In this document: one piece after another, positions 9,843-20,314 of the stretch
Position numbering within the stretch: the first letter of the stretch is position 1
Layout of the letters: every line of letters starts with the position of its first letter
From: Candidatus Saccharimonadota bacterium
Lineage (GTDB): Bacteria > Patescibacteriota > Saccharimonadia > CAILAD01 > BJGX01
Length of the DNA stretch: 64,000 bases
Direction: 5' to 3'
Assembly: GCA_016191105.1 (NCBI GenBank)
Contig: JACPPH010000008.1
Location: forward strand, 2,667-66,666
Made by a program: the position numbers and the translations under genes
The notes under the pieces: generated by a model
Seen by the model: the letters and a program-made list of their open reading frames with translations, nothing else
Database searches by the model: none
What the model was told of the DNA's origin: nothing

Positions 9843-12089
9843 ATGTTAGCAAAAACAAAGTTGTTAGCTCTTTGCTGCTTTGCTCTTGTGTTTGGGGCGG
9901 TACTTTTTTTTGTTACCAACGGCCAGAATGCGAGAGCTGAGCTTCCAAAAACTGGATCTTGCGGGCCCACCACTTTAAGCACTATTGGTGCCTGGAAAAC
10001 CCCTTTTAGTATAGACTGCGAAAATTCAAACCCATCACTTGGCGGTGGCGATGCCAAAGAAGACTGGTTCTACAATCCAGACTTAAGTAATGTTCTGGGT
10101 AACTACATAGTGTTTAGTCGCAAAGACACAGCCGCCGTAATGGTTATACAGGCCACAGGACCAAATGCCTACACTCGTTTTTGTTTTAAGTCTCCGGGTG
10201 ATGTTAAGGATGGTATGGCGTTTAACTACGACAACGGCGGTGGATTTTGTGGCGCTATAGAGAGTTTTGACCCCGCGGGTAGCGACAGCACCAATGCCGG
10301 TACGGGTTTTTGTTCAGTAGTAAACAACAAGGATGGTTGTGATTATTATAGCGGCAATGATGGGCCATGGTCTTCAAGTCCCCCCAGAAAATACAGTGGT
10401 AAGGTTGTGGATCGCTCAGCTGACATCTCCAAAGCCCAACAGAGCGAATCTGGAGATGAATGTAACAACCGAGATCAAGCCGGGGCTTTGAGTTTTGTAT
10501 TGTGTCCATTGCTCAAAAGTATCACTGAGTCGGTCGACAAAATAGTAGGGCCTGGTGGGCAACTGCAAAACTTGCTCAAAGTCGAACCACTAGCGTTTCC
10601 TGGCAGTAGTGGTGGCATTAATTTGCAAGCATCTACGCAGAATATAGTTTACCTGGCCGATGGTTTGTATGTGCTTTTGTTTATTGTACTGCTATTTGCC
10701 AATGCTTTTGCTATTGGCATAGACAACTACACCGTTAAAAAGACTTTGCCACGGCTGATTGCGGCAGTGGTATTAACTCAGTTTGCATATATAATTAGTG
10801 CACTTATGATTGACGCTGGCAACATACTTGGTTCTTTGTTGCCCAACTTAATATCGTCGGTTGGAGGAATTGATTTTACCACAGCTATTAATAATCTACT
10901 AGGCACCGGTAGCCAACCCAATCTAAACGGCTTACTGAGTTCGCTTGGAGCATTCTTCTTGGTGTTAGTAGCAGCAATTGCCATTTTGGTGGTACTGATA
11001 ATTGCCATGGTCTATATGATATTCCGAAATCTGTTTATTTATATACTAGTTATTGCCGCGCCCATAGCCTTTGCTGCCATGGTGCTGCCAGGCACTCAAA
11101 AGTACTTTAAGCTGTGGGGAGCCAACTTTATTAAGCTCATATTAATGTTTCCTATAATAACCTCTATACTGGCGGTGGCTTCGGTGCTTTCGGCTGCATT
11201 GGCGCCAATTAATTCCTTACTGGCCGCCCTAATTCCAGTGGTAGCCATAGCATTGATACCCAAAACCTTTAAGTGGAGTGGCGATATTATGGAATTCACA
11301 GCCGGTGCTGTGGCAGGCTATCTTGGAGGGAAGGCCAGCGCCGGCAGGAAGCAAGTGGGTGAGCAGTCCGATAGGCTAGCCGAATCTAGGCGTAACAAAA
11401 TTGCTACATCCAAATTTGGCGATACTCGGCTCGGGAGGTTTGCTTCTGGATCTGGATTTGGTAGTTTAGCAGGAACTCGCAAAAGCAAAGTAAAGCATGC
11501 TTCGAGAGTCGCTGCTGCCCAGTCTGAGGCCGATAAATATGCCAGCCTTTTGTATAGTCGGGAAAAAGCTAAACACCCAGTAGTCAAGGGCTCCAAAAAC
11601 TACGACAAACAAAAGGAGGCTCGGGAAAAAGCTTTGCTAGATCTTTATGATAATTCTAACAGGGCTACACAGTCTAGTTTATTGAGATTGGCCGGTAAAA
11701 GTGGCGACGACAAAGTGGTGTCTTACGCCAAAGGGAAAGATCCAAAATTTGTAGAAGGTGTAATGAACCAAAGCTGGTCGGACTTCGATGCTGTGCCGCA
11801 ACTCAGACCTGGTTTTGATGCCAAGGATCTTAACCCAGAAAAAATTGCAAACTCATCTGGTGGTTCCCAAAAATCAATTATTGAAAAGCATGGCAGCGAT
11901 CTATCAGCAGCAACATTGACAGGTTTGGTTTCGAACGACAGCATCCGAACCAAGCTTGATCCCGCTGTTATTGATTTGCTTAAAGATATTGCCGCTAACA
12001 CCAATACTACCGGAAAGGCGCCCACGAATATTGACCCTGCCGTTAGAACCAAAGTAAATGCTGCCTTAATGGATAAAAACTTACTGTAG
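9843..12089 (+). CDS. VirB6/TrbL-like polytopic T4SS membrane protein
   Basis: Signal, Cys-rich extracellular domain, TM block with KKTLPRLI and APIAFAAMVLPGT, basic cytoplasmic tail; context. Confidence 0.75.
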   Translation: MLAKTKLLALCCFALVFGAVLFFVTNGQNARAELPKTGSCGPTTLSTIGAWKTPFSIDCENSNPSLGGGDAKEDWFYNPDLSNVLGNYIVFSRKDTAAVMVIQATGPNAYTRFCFKSPGDVKDGMAFNYDNGGGFCGAIESFDPAGSDSTNAGTGFCSVVNNKDGCDYYSGNDGPWSSSPPRKYSGKVVDRSADISKAQQSESGDECNNRDQAGALSFVLCPLLKSITESVDKIVGPGGQLQNLLKVEPLAFPGSSGGINLQASTQNIVYLADGLYVLLFIVLLFANAFAIGIDNYTVKKTLPRLIAAVVLTQFAYIISALMIDAGNILGSLLPNLISSVGGIDFTTAINNLLGTGSQPNLNGLLSSLGAFFLVLVAAIAILVVLIIAMVYMIFRNLFIYILVIAAPIAFAAMVLPGTQKYFKLWGANFIKLILMFPIITSILAVASVLSAALAPINSLLAALIPVVAIALIPKTFKWSGDIMEFTAGAVAGYLGGKASAGRKQVGEQSDRLAESRRNKIATSKFGDTRLGRFASGSGFGSLAGTRKSKVKHASRVAAAQSEADKYASLLYSREKAKHPVVKGSKNYDKQKEAREKALLDLYDNSNRATQSSLLRLAGKSGDDKVVSYAKGKDPKFVEGVMNQSWSDFDAVPQLRPGFDAKDLNPEKIANSSGGSQKSIIEKHGSDLSAATLTGLVSNDSIRTKLDPAVIDLLKDIAANTNTTGKAPTNIDPAVRTKVNAALMDKNLL

Positions 12090-12095
12090 GTAAAA

Positions 12096-13103
12096 ATGGG
12101 ACAATACAAAGTACCACAAAACGTAGAGGCCGAAGATAAAATTCTTGGCCCGCTAACTATAAAGCAATTTATATATGTAATAATTGCGCTTATGTGGGGC
12201 TTTATTGCCATCCGTTTGTTGGCTCCATTCAACCTAATAGTAGGAATTATTTTGGCGCTACCAGTCTCTGGCACACTTTTGGCGCTTGGCCTCATTCAAC
12301 GCGAAGGTGTGAGCTTCGAAAACTACTTTTTGGCCTTTATTCGCTTTAATCTTTACCCGCGCAAACGCCAATGGCAAAAAGACGCCAACCCCGACGTGAT
12401 TAAGAACGAACCCAAAAAAGCCGTTGTGCCAGAACTACACAAAAGTCTTAACCAGGGCCAGCTAAAGCAATTGGCGTTTATTGTGGATACGCGTGGTAAC
12501 TACAAAGACCCCAACTTGCAGCTGCCCGACAGCAGCAATATAGCCACTCAAATGAGCTCGAGAGTGGTTGGCCCACAGGCCGCTCAGGGCGAAATTCCAA
12601 ATGTTCAGCCGCTTATGCCAAGCGCGCCCCAAGCAGCTGCTCAAGTATCGGCTCCGCAGGCTACACCAGCCCAAACGGCCCAAGCACAACCAGGCGTGGC
12701 ACCAATTGCGACTCAGCCTGCACCGCAGCCGCCGGCTGCCACCGCCCAAGACGATGTGCTAGACGAAACTAGCACTCAATCGACCGATGTTGGTACTTTG
12801 TTGCAAAACGTAGAGGTTAATTTGCGCAATCGCACGGTCGCTAAAATGAAACAATCGCTAACTGCGGCACCAAAAACCGCCAAGACTGCGCCCACCCTCA
12901 CTAGTGATAGAGCCAATGCTCAAGTTGCCGCCGCCACAGCAAGCCAAGCTACTGCTGGCGGCACCCTGTCTGGCAATCAAGTTGCCACCGCTTTGGCCAG
13001 ATTGAGCCAGCAAAGTGACCACCTATCGGTGCAGCGCTTGGCGGCTCAGGCCGACAAGGCCATTCCGCTTAGCGAAGGCCAAGTGGTACAAGTTAGAGGT
13101 TAG
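12096..13103 (+). CDS. PrgI-family protein (VirB3-like)
   Basis: YKVPQNVEAEDKILGPLTIKQF plus two TMs; low-complexity tail. Confidence 0.85.
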   Translation: MGQYKVPQNVEAEDKILGPLTIKQFIYVIIALMWGFIAIRLLAPFNLIVGIILALPVSGTLLALGLIQREGVSFENYFLAFIRFNLYPRKRQWQKDANPDVIKNEPKKAVVPELHKSLNQGQLKQLAFIVDTRGNYKDPNLQLPDSSNIATQMSSRVVGPQAAQGEIPNVQPLMPSAPQAAAQVSAPQATPAQTAQAQPGVAPIATQPAPQPPAATAQDDVLDETSTQSTDVGTLLQNVEVNLRNRTVAKMKQSLTAAPKTAKTAPTLTSDRANAQVAAATASQATAGGTLSGNQVATALARLSQQSDHLSVQRLAAQADKAIPLSEGQVVQVRG

Positions 13104-13133
13104 AGCAAATTTTGGCTCGGTTTAAACAAAAAC

Positions 13134-13170
13134 ACAAGCTTTATCTCAACTCGAGATTTTGATATCATAA
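13134..13170 (+). promoter_or_regulatory. Promoter motif shared with 9801-9837
   Basis: ACAAGCTTTAT-N17-ATATCATAA. Confidence 0.55.
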
Positions 13171-13189
13171 TAGATTAGCATTTAAGACT

Positions 13190-14074
13190 ATGGCAAAGAA
13201 TAATCAGCCCCAATTAACCCCCGCCCAAACCGAATACTTTGGTTCGATTACCCCACCCAAAAAAACCAAAAACCAGCGTCAGAGCACCCAGTCGCATTTG
13301 CAGTTTTCGGAGATCAAAGACGGCATAGTAGTAATGCGCGACGGTAGTTTACGCATGGTGGTTATGTGTAGCCCCACTAACTTCGACCTCAAAAGTCCGG
13401 CCGAACGCGATGCCATTGAGTATGCTTATCAGGGCTTTCTAAATGGTTTGCACTTTCCAATTCAAATTGTTATTCAGTCGCGCAAAGTTGATCTCGACAA
13501 CTATCTCGAGAACCTCGAGAACTTGCAGTCTAACCAGCCAAACGGGCTGCTGGCTGGACTTATGGACGACTACATATTCAATATTCGGGCTCTGCTCGAA
13601 GAGGTAAATATTATGGACAAAAAGTTCTATGTGGTTGTGCCATACTATACCCAGGTAGTAAGCAAAGAAAACGTCTTTACTGGCATTAAAAAACTGATTG
13701 CTGGTGAGCAACAGGTTACCCAAACCAGCAAACAATATGATCAGCGCCGGCGCGACCTTATACAGCGTACCAACCTGGTGGCCGGTGGCCTAGCCCAAAT
13801 CGGGATTCGTTCAGTCGTTTTGAACACCCAAGAAATTATTGAGCTGTATTACAACTCCTACAACATCGACGAAGCTCAAAACCAAGCCTTGGGCAGTGTG
13901 GATCAGGTAAATACCCCGGTCGTAATGCGCGAAGGCGGCTTAGCTGAGCCACACGGCAACGAACAACCAGAACCCGAGCCCGAAGACTTGTTTGCCGCCG
14001 AGCAACGGCGAGCCCAGTCTGGTTCGTACGGCAGCCAATCGGCTCACCAAGCCAAGAGCGGAGAGCGCAGGTGA
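13190..14074 (+). CDS. CPR T4SS-associated protein (TraC/VirB4 N-terminal-like)
   Basis: STQSHL..EIKDG, NFDLKS, FLNGLHFPIQI; lies directly upstream of VirB4. Confidence 0.7.
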   Translation: MAKNNQPQLTPAQTEYFGSITPPKKTKNQRQSTQSHLQFSEIKDGIVVMRDGSLRMVVMCSPTNFDLKSPAERDAIEYAYQGFLNGLHFPIQIVIQSRKVDLDNYLENLENLQSNQPNGLLAGLMDDYIFNIRALLEEVNIMDKKFYVVVPYYTQVVSKENVFTGIKKLIAGEQQVTQTSKQYDQRRRDLIQRTNLVAGGLAQIGIRSVVLNTQEIIELYYNSYNIDEAQNQALGSVDQVNTPVVMREGGLAEPHGNEQPEPEPEDLFAAEQRRAQSGSYGSQSAHQAKSGERR

Positions 14075-15963
14075 TGGCCAGAAAACCCAAGGTTGACCCG
14101 GCGGTTCAGGCTCAAATTGATCGCCAAACGGCCATGCAGTCTGAAGCTCAAAAAATCTATCGCGAGGGTGTCGTTACTCTGCGCGATATGATTGCGCCAA
14201 GTTCTTTTGAGGTCGAGAGCAGCTACATAAAAATTGGCAAGCGCTATGCCCGCACTCTGTTTATATACGCTTACCCACGTTCGTTATTCACGGGCTGGCT
14301 AAGCCCAATTATTAATCTCGATGAAGTAATTGACATATCAATGTCAATCGAGCCGGTAGAATCAAGGGTGGTACTAGATAATTTGCGCAAGAAAGTTACC
14401 CAAATGGAGGCCACCTATAGCATAAACCAGGAGAAGGGTAAGGTGCGCGACCCCGGGCTAGAGGCTGCCCTACAAGATGCCGAAGAATTGCGCGACAAGC
14501 TGCAGGTGGGCGAAGACCGGTTCTTTCGCCTAGGCTTATATATAACTATTTACGGCAAAGACCTAAAAGAGCTTAATGAAGTTGGCCGGCGCATTGAAAG
14601 CGTGTTTGGTACAGCACTAATTTACACCAAACCCACCACCATTCAGATGGAACAAGGCTTTACCACTACTTTGCCGATGGGCCAAGATCAAATTCAGGTA
14701 CGCCGCAACATGGATACGGGTGCTATTAGCACCAGTTTTCCATTTACCACCGCCAACCTAAGTAACGACGAGGGTATATTGTATGGCATTAACCGCCACA
14801 ACAATGGCTTGGTGTTGTTTGATCGCTTCTCTCTAGAAAATGCCAATATGGTGGTGTTTGCCAAGTCGGGTGCTGGTAAGAGTTTTGCGGTTAAGCTGGA
14901 GTGCTTGCGTTCACTCATGCTGGGGTCCGAAGTAATTGTGATCGACCCCGAAAATGAATACAGGACCTTGTGTGATGCCGTGGGCGGTAGCTTCTTGCAC
15001 CTAAGCCTGGCCAGCTCTACGCGCATTAATCCATTTGATATCCCCACCACAATTGATAGTGAAGAGGCCGATAATGCCCTGCGAGCCAATATAATTATGT
15101 TGCATGGGCTGTTGCGACTAATGACCGGCGAGATGAGCCCAGCCGAAGAAGCCGATCTCGACGTGGCACTGATCAATACCTATGCTCAAAAGGGCATAAC
15201 TAACGACCCCCTAACCCATAAGGCTGAGCCGCCAATTATGCAAGATCTGTATAACACCCTTAATCAGATGGGCGGTAACGGACCTGCCCTGGCGGCTCGC
15301 CTGCGGCGTTACACCGAGGGTACTTTCTCGGGTATTTTTAGTCAGCAGAGCAATGTTGACCTAAGCTCTAACTTCGTGGTGTTTAATATTCGCGATCTCG
15401 AGGACGAGCTCCGACCAATCGGCATGTATATTACATTGAACTATATTTGGAACCGCGTAAAAACCGAGAGGAAGAAGCGCATTTTGGTAGTCGACGAAGC
15501 CTGGCAGCTCATGCAATATCAAGACTCGGCTATGTTTCTATTTAGCATTGCCAAGCGAGCGCGCAAGTATTACTTGGGCTTAACCACCATCTCGCAAGAT
15601 GTTGAAGACTTCTTGAGCACTCGGCTTGGTCGGGCAATTGTGAATAACTCAAGCTTACAGTTACTGCTTAAGCAAAACCCGGCTGCGGTTGATATTGTTA
15701 GCCAGACCTTTAAGCTAACCAGCGAAGAAGCCAAGCTGTTGAGCCAATTTCCGGTTGGCGAGGGCTTATTCTTTGCTGGCTTGAGCCACATTATTTTGCG
15801 AATTCTGGCCTTCCCGGGCGAGGAGCAGCTGATTACCACCAACCCAAAGGATATTTTGGATAGCTTGGAGCAAGCCAAGGCTCAGGTTCAGGGCGCATCG
15901 GCGGGCGCCCAAGCTGCAGAGGCTCAAAATCTGGCACAGCAAAATGCAACTGGAGCAGAATAA
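14071..15963 (+). CDS. virB4: VirB4-like T4SS ATPase
   Basis: Walker A AKSGAGKS, IDPENEY, Walker B ILVVDEAW, RARKY, SQDVEDF. Confidence 0.92.
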   Translation: MMARKPKVDPAVQAQIDRQTAMQSEAQKIYREGVVTLRDMIAPSSFEVESSYIKIGKRYARTLFIYAYPRSLFTGWLSPIINLDEVIDISMSIEPVESRVVLDNLRKKVTQMEATYSINQEKGKVRDPGLEAALQDAEELRDKLQVGEDRFFRLGLYITIYGKDLKELNEVGRRIESVFGTALIYTKPTTIQMEQGFTTTLPMGQDQIQVRRNMDTGAISTSFPFTTANLSNDEGILYGINRHNNGLVLFDRFSLENANMVVFAKSGAGKSFAVKLECLRSLMLGSEVIVIDPENEYRTLCDAVGGSFLHLSLASSTRINPFDIPTTIDSEEADNALRANIIMLHGLLRLMTGEMSPAEEADLDVALINTYAQKGITNDPLTHKAEPPIMQDLYNTLNQMGGNGPALAARLRRYTEGTFSGIFSQQSNVDLSSNFVVFNIRDLEDELRPIGMYITLNYIWNRVKTERKKRILVVDEAWQLMQYQDSAMFLFSIAKRARKYYLGLTTISQDVEDFLSTRLGRAIVNNSSLQLLLKQNPAAVDIVSQTFKLTSEEAKLLSQFPVGEGLFFAGLSHIILRILAFPGEEQLITTNPKDILDSLEQAKAQVQGASAGAQAAEAQNLAQQNATGAE

Positions 15964-15990
15964 GCAATGAGCTCAAGGGGACTTTAACAG

Positions 15991-18900
15991 ATGGCTCAGG
16001 GTACAATTACGCCACCAGACGACAATATTGATGACAACTTAATACACGACAAGAATCTCAGCAATTCTGAGTGGTCAGATTTTGTTGACAACCACTCCAC
16101 TTCCGATGGCTCTATCCGTGCTACTGGTCGGGAGGATGCTGCCGACCTACCAACTAGCAATCGTAGCCGGGGACCAGCAGTAGATGAATCAGGGCATATT
16201 ACCGCCGCTGATAATGTCGGCCAAAACAGACAGCAAGGTGGTGGTAGCAGTATGGACATGGCAAAAAAAGTCGCCAAACAAGCCGCCGGTGCAGGTGGTG
16301 GTGGCAGCTCTGCCGCAACCAAAGCCCTGGGCGCCGCAAGCAGCGGTAAGGATGGTGATAAGCCCGAGACTGCAAAAGACAAGGCTGCCGATAAAGCAGC
16401 CGACGCTGCCCAGATAGCCGAAGCAGCAGCCACCATTGAGAGCCCAACTGCCTGGCTAACTCTGGCTAAGCAGGCTAAAAAGCACTGGAGAGCCCTGGCG
16501 CTGGTAAGCATAATTGCACTCTTGCCAGTGTTTATATTGATATTCATTGTATTCTATGCCGCCGCTAACCCGTTTGAGTTCATGAAGGCGGCTATTACCA
16601 ATAAGGCCTTAGGGCGATTTGTAGTCCAGTCAGCCGATGCAATAGGCCTGCCAGGCGCAGCTCAAGTAAGAACCGTACTGGAAAGAGCCGGCTTAGTTAT
16701 AAAGATAGAGCACAGTAATACCGCAATAGCAGCACCCAGCCCCACAACCAAGCCAGACCCCGGCAGCATAGATGACATTCTGGCCCGCATAGACTGGAAA
16801 AAAGCACAATGGCAGTATGGAAACGATATTACCTGTAAATACCGTTTTACATTTGCGCCATTTGTAAATTACGATGGTCAAACTATTAACGAAATCGACA
16901 AGGCTTACGACAAAACGACCGGCAAAGAAGTGCCGCCAGACCAGGCTACAGAAGCTGTAAACACTTGTTTTATGAACAGCTACCCAATGTTTAATATGTC
17001 AACCCGTAACCCCGCAGCAAGAAGTGTTAATAAGTTTTCAGATGCCTTTCTGGCCTACTCAACCGACAAAAGTGAGCTCTATAACAAACCACAATCTGAG
17101 GTAAATAAGGCTCTGCTCGAAAAAACCGTTAAACGGATCGAGGAAAAGCAAGACTCGGCTCCCAAGAGTACCGAACAAAAAGTAACAGACTTCTCCAACA
17201 GAGTATATTCTGAGATTCAGCAGGGCAAAGACCCCGAGGCGCTAGATTATGACGCAATTGCGGCCAGTGTTGGATTGACGTTCCCAAACAACGATCAAGA
17301 CCCCCAGCAAGTTACTGATTCTATGTGTACTTATTATCAAGTATTCACTGCCGAGAATAATGTAGTGAAAGGTATATATAGCCGCCGCGATGCGGCAGTT
17401 CGTAACGCCTTAAAGTTTTTGTCGCTAGCTGGTTCTGGTGCCATGTACCAAAACAGCAACAAAGAGATCAATTATACTGCTGCATCTATAGCCAATTGGG
17501 CAGACGGCGCGGGCTATAGCTTATCGGTAGGCAACGGCAACCAGGGCATTCAAGCCAATGCTGAGTCTATCCACAATAGAGCCTACATTATCAAGCCAGA
17601 AGAAGCTATCCGAATCGGATTGGCGCTAAGACCAGCCTGTGCCTATGCCAACTTTGGCTTTCCGGTACCGATTATACAACAAGTTATAAAAAACGTGGGT
17701 CAAACAGCCGTGTTTAATTTGTACAAAACTTTTAGGGCTACTGTTGTGGCTGAGTCTAGCGGGATCTTTGAGATAGGTAACCCAAACAACTTTGGTTTAA
17801 AAGACATACTGATTGGCAGTTTTAGGCTGGCCGGCGCAGCCTCGGTTACAGGTACAGAGGCAGGTCCACAAAATCTTAACCGACAAGCCATGGGCGTGCA
17901 ACAACTTACCTCAGATTACCTGCGTACGGTTGGTGGTCGGTTCTTGACCGAACAAGAACAGGCCGAGCTCGCTGTTAGAGTAGAAGACAATGCACGACAA
18001 AACGAACAAAATAAAAGCTTTTTGGCCAGAATATTCGACACTGCTAGCCCGCGTTCAATTGCAAGCCAGCTGGCCAGCCGAAACACCAGCTGGCGTGATA
18101 CTGCTACTTACATGGCCTCAACAACTGCATCGCTGGTAAATATACCTAAACTTTTTACAGACACATCTAGCCTGGTGGCTTATGTGGCCACAGGCCAAAA
18201 AAATACAGCTTTTGCAGCCAGCGATGATATTGCCAATTACTTCAAGGTAGACCTAGCTGGATTCAGCAGTAATGAACTAAAAAGTACCAATCTTCTAGAC
18301 AATGCCCGCGCAATTGAAAAGCTAAAAAAAGATATTAGCGACCCTAATGACATTCGCACTAAACAAATGCAATATTATGACGCATGCTTTAAGAAAGATA
18401 TTCCAAACCCTATTCTCTTTACCCGTATTCCTGAAGACCCCAAGGATATTAGCAACACCGATCCTGCCATTCAAAAGAAATATCTTTACATAAAAGACGG
18501 TTTTAAAATAGGCGGGGACGGCAATCAGCTTACTTACAATCAAGATGTGGATTCGGACTTTTTTAAGGCCTATACTTGTGAGACTACGATGACCAACAGC
18601 AACCCGCTAAACATGCCAAATATAAATCTAGATTTTGCGAGAAAATATCGTTTGTATGTTTACTACAAATCACAAGTGGAGTTGCTACAAAATTTATCCA
18701 GCGATACAGCCCCGAAAGGGTTTTATGCAGGCTCTAGCAAGGGCGGTGCGGGCAGCGGGCAGCGTAATCCCGGCGGCTTTATTTGGCCTATAGGAGGAAA
18801 GACAGTATTTAGCAGATGTGGCAATGGTCATGGTTACCAAGCTGTAGATATTGCTTATGTTGGCAATCTCAAGCCAGACATATACGCGGTAGCCGATGGC

Positions 18901-19203
18901 GAAGTGGTGCTGGCCGATAACAGCAACAGCAGCTCTGGCTATGGTAACTACCTGATCATTAAGCAGAATGACGGCCTATACACCCTCTACGCCCACAATA
19001 GCGAGGTTACGGTAGCCAAAGGAGACCGTGTGAGCCAAGGTGACGTGGTGGCTATTGGTGGCTCGAGTGGCGATTCGAGCGGCCCCCACCTACACTTCGA
19101 AGTCCGTACCGAAGACATAAATGGCCCCAAGCAAAACCCGGGTGACTACTTGCCAGATACACCAGACGGGCAAAATACTCAAACTTACTGCGAGAGTAAT
19201 TAA
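15991..19203 (+). CDS. Large membrane-anchored protein with C-terminal M23 peptidase
   Basis: TM near aa 170-190; AVADGEV, YGNYL, YAHNS, SSGPHLHFEVR. Confidence 0.85.
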   Translation: MAQGTITPPDDNIDDNLIHDKNLSNSEWSDFVDNHSTSDGSIRATGREDAADLPTSNRSRGPAVDESGHITAADNVGQNRQQGGGSSMDMAKKVAKQAAGAGGGGSSAATKALGAASSGKDGDKPETAKDKAADKAADAAQIAEAAATIESPTAWLTLAKQAKKHWRALALVSIIALLPVFILIFIVFYAAANPFEFMKAAITNKALGRFVVQSADAIGLPGAAQVRTVLERAGLVIKIEHSNTAIAAPSPTTKPDPGSIDDILARIDWKKAQWQYGNDITCKYRFTFAPFVNYDGQTINEIDKAYDKTTGKEVPPDQATEAVNTCFMNSYPMFNMSTRNPAARSVNKFSDAFLAYSTDKSELYNKPQSEVNKALLEKTVKRIEEKQDSAPKSTEQKVTDFSNRVYSEIQQGKDPEALDYDAIAASVGLTFPNNDQDPQQVTDSMCTYYQVFTAENNVVKGIYSRRDAAVRNALKFLSLAGSGAMYQNSNKEINYTAASIANWADGAGYSLSVGNGNQGIQANAESIHNRAYIIKPEEAIRIGLALRPACAYANFGFPVPIIQQVIKNVGQTAVFNLYKTFRATVVAESSGIFEIGNPNNFGLKDILIGSFRLAGAASVTGTEAGPQNLNRQAMGVQQLTSDYLRTVGGRFLTEQEQAELAVRVEDNARQNEQNKSFLARIFDTASPRSIASQLASRNTSWRDTATYMASTTASLVNIPKLFTDTSSLVAYVATGQKNTAFAASDDIANYFKVDLAGFSSNELKSTNLLDNARAIEKLKKDISDPNDIRTKQMQYYDACFKKDIPNPILFTRIPEDPKDISNTDPAIQKKYLYIKDGFKIGGDGNQLTYNQDVDSDFFKAYTCETTMTNSNPLNMPNINLDFARKYRLYVYYKSQVELLQNLSSDTAPKGFYAGSSKGGAGSGQRNPGGFIWPIGGKTVFSRCGNGHGYQAVDIAYVGNLKPDIYAVADGEVVLADNSNSSSGYGNYLIIKQNDGLYTLYAHNSEVTVAKGDRVSQGDVVAIGGSSGDSSGPHLHFEVRTEDINGPKQNPGDYLPDTPDGQNTQTYCESN

Positions 19204-20198
19204 TGAACAGGCGGATTACCATTACTATCATAAGCATTGTTGCGGTGCTAGCTCTAGCTGTCATAATAGTTATGCTTATATTAGTAACCCGGCAGCCTAG
19301 CACATTCAGCCTCAATGCTCAGATTGCCGACAGTGGTCGCATCCGCTTCGCTCAAGCTACCGCAAAAGGGCTGGTTTATACTAAATCCAACAACCTGTAT
19401 CTTATTAAAGACGGCACGCCTAGCTTGCTTGGCGCCCTGCCGGAATTTGATAGCTTTCAGGTTAATCAAGATGCAACTTTTGGAGCTGTCAAAAACAATT
19501 CCACTGTTCTAATTTACAACCTGTCCTCCTGGAAAGTTGTAGCTCAGTTTGAAGCTAAGTTCTTCAGCTGGATTGACAGCAATACATACCTGTATGGCAC
19601 TTTTGTTACGCCACCAAAAATTGCTGGTGGTGCCGAAAATTTATCTCAAAATCTTACTGTTAAAGATACCTCGGGTAGGCTTATAAATACCTATACTACA
19701 CCATTCTCGCCGATTGGCTTGCTACTAAGTAGCCCCACCAGCCTATATATATCAGCCAGCGGAAGTAAAGGCCTGCTTGAACTACAAATTTACAGGCTCG
19801 ACAGAACAAACGGCAGCCTGCAGACGATTCAACAGTTGCCAAATTTTAGTTTTAACCAATATAATCAATATGAGGCGGCACTATTACAAACTGGATCCAA
19901 TAGCGGTCCTGTGCAGCCATTCTCAACTAACGGCCTAAAAATCACCTCGCTGTTTCAGCCCTTATCTAACGTAGTTATGGTTAGCAAAGCCAGGCTTCTG
20001 TATGTAACTAGTAGAAATAACGTTGAGCTCCATAGTTTTGACCTAACCAACAATAAAGATCAGCTAATAGGCTATATTTCGATACCTGCTAGCACTGTAG
20101 TAAGTGGGGTGTATGTGATAAATAGTAGAATGTACATTACAGCTCAAAATCAAATCTTCTTCATCGGTTTAGACCCAATAAAGGGCTTGACACAATGA
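19203..20198 (+). CDS. Membrane-anchored beta-rich (propeller-like) protein
   Basis: N-terminal TM followed by repeated short beta-strand pattern. Confidence 0.65.
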   Translation: MNRRITITIISIVAVLALAVIIVMLILVTRQPSTFSLNAQIADSGRIRFAQATAKGLVYTKSNNLYLIKDGTPSLLGALPEFDSFQVNQDATFGAVKNNSTVLIYNLSSWKVVAQFEAKFFSWIDSNTYLYGTFVTPPKIAGGAENLSQNLTVKDTSGRLINTYTTPFSPIGLLLSSPTSLYISASGSKGLLELQIYRLDRTNGSLQTIQQLPNFSFNQYNQYEAALLQTGSNSGPVQPFSTNGLKITSLFQPLSNVVMVSKARLLYVTSRNNVELHSFDLTNNKDQLIGYISIPASTVVSGVYVINSRMYITAQNQIFFIGLDPIKGLTQ

Positions 20199-20314
20199 AC
20201 TATAGAGCGGCTGCCGTAGTAGATGATGCTCCGAGGGTAATTGAGGTGGGTTGCGCAAAGCCTGTTGCGCTTTGCGCAGCTACTCTTTTATCCATCCAGA
20301 GGCTCTTGCAATGA
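20195..20314 (+). CDS. Small 39-aa ORF coupled at both ends
   Basis: ATGA overlaps with both the upstream stop (20198) and the downstream start (20311). Confidence 0.4.
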   Translation: MNYRAAAVVDDAPRVIEVGCAKPVALCAATLLSIQRLLQ

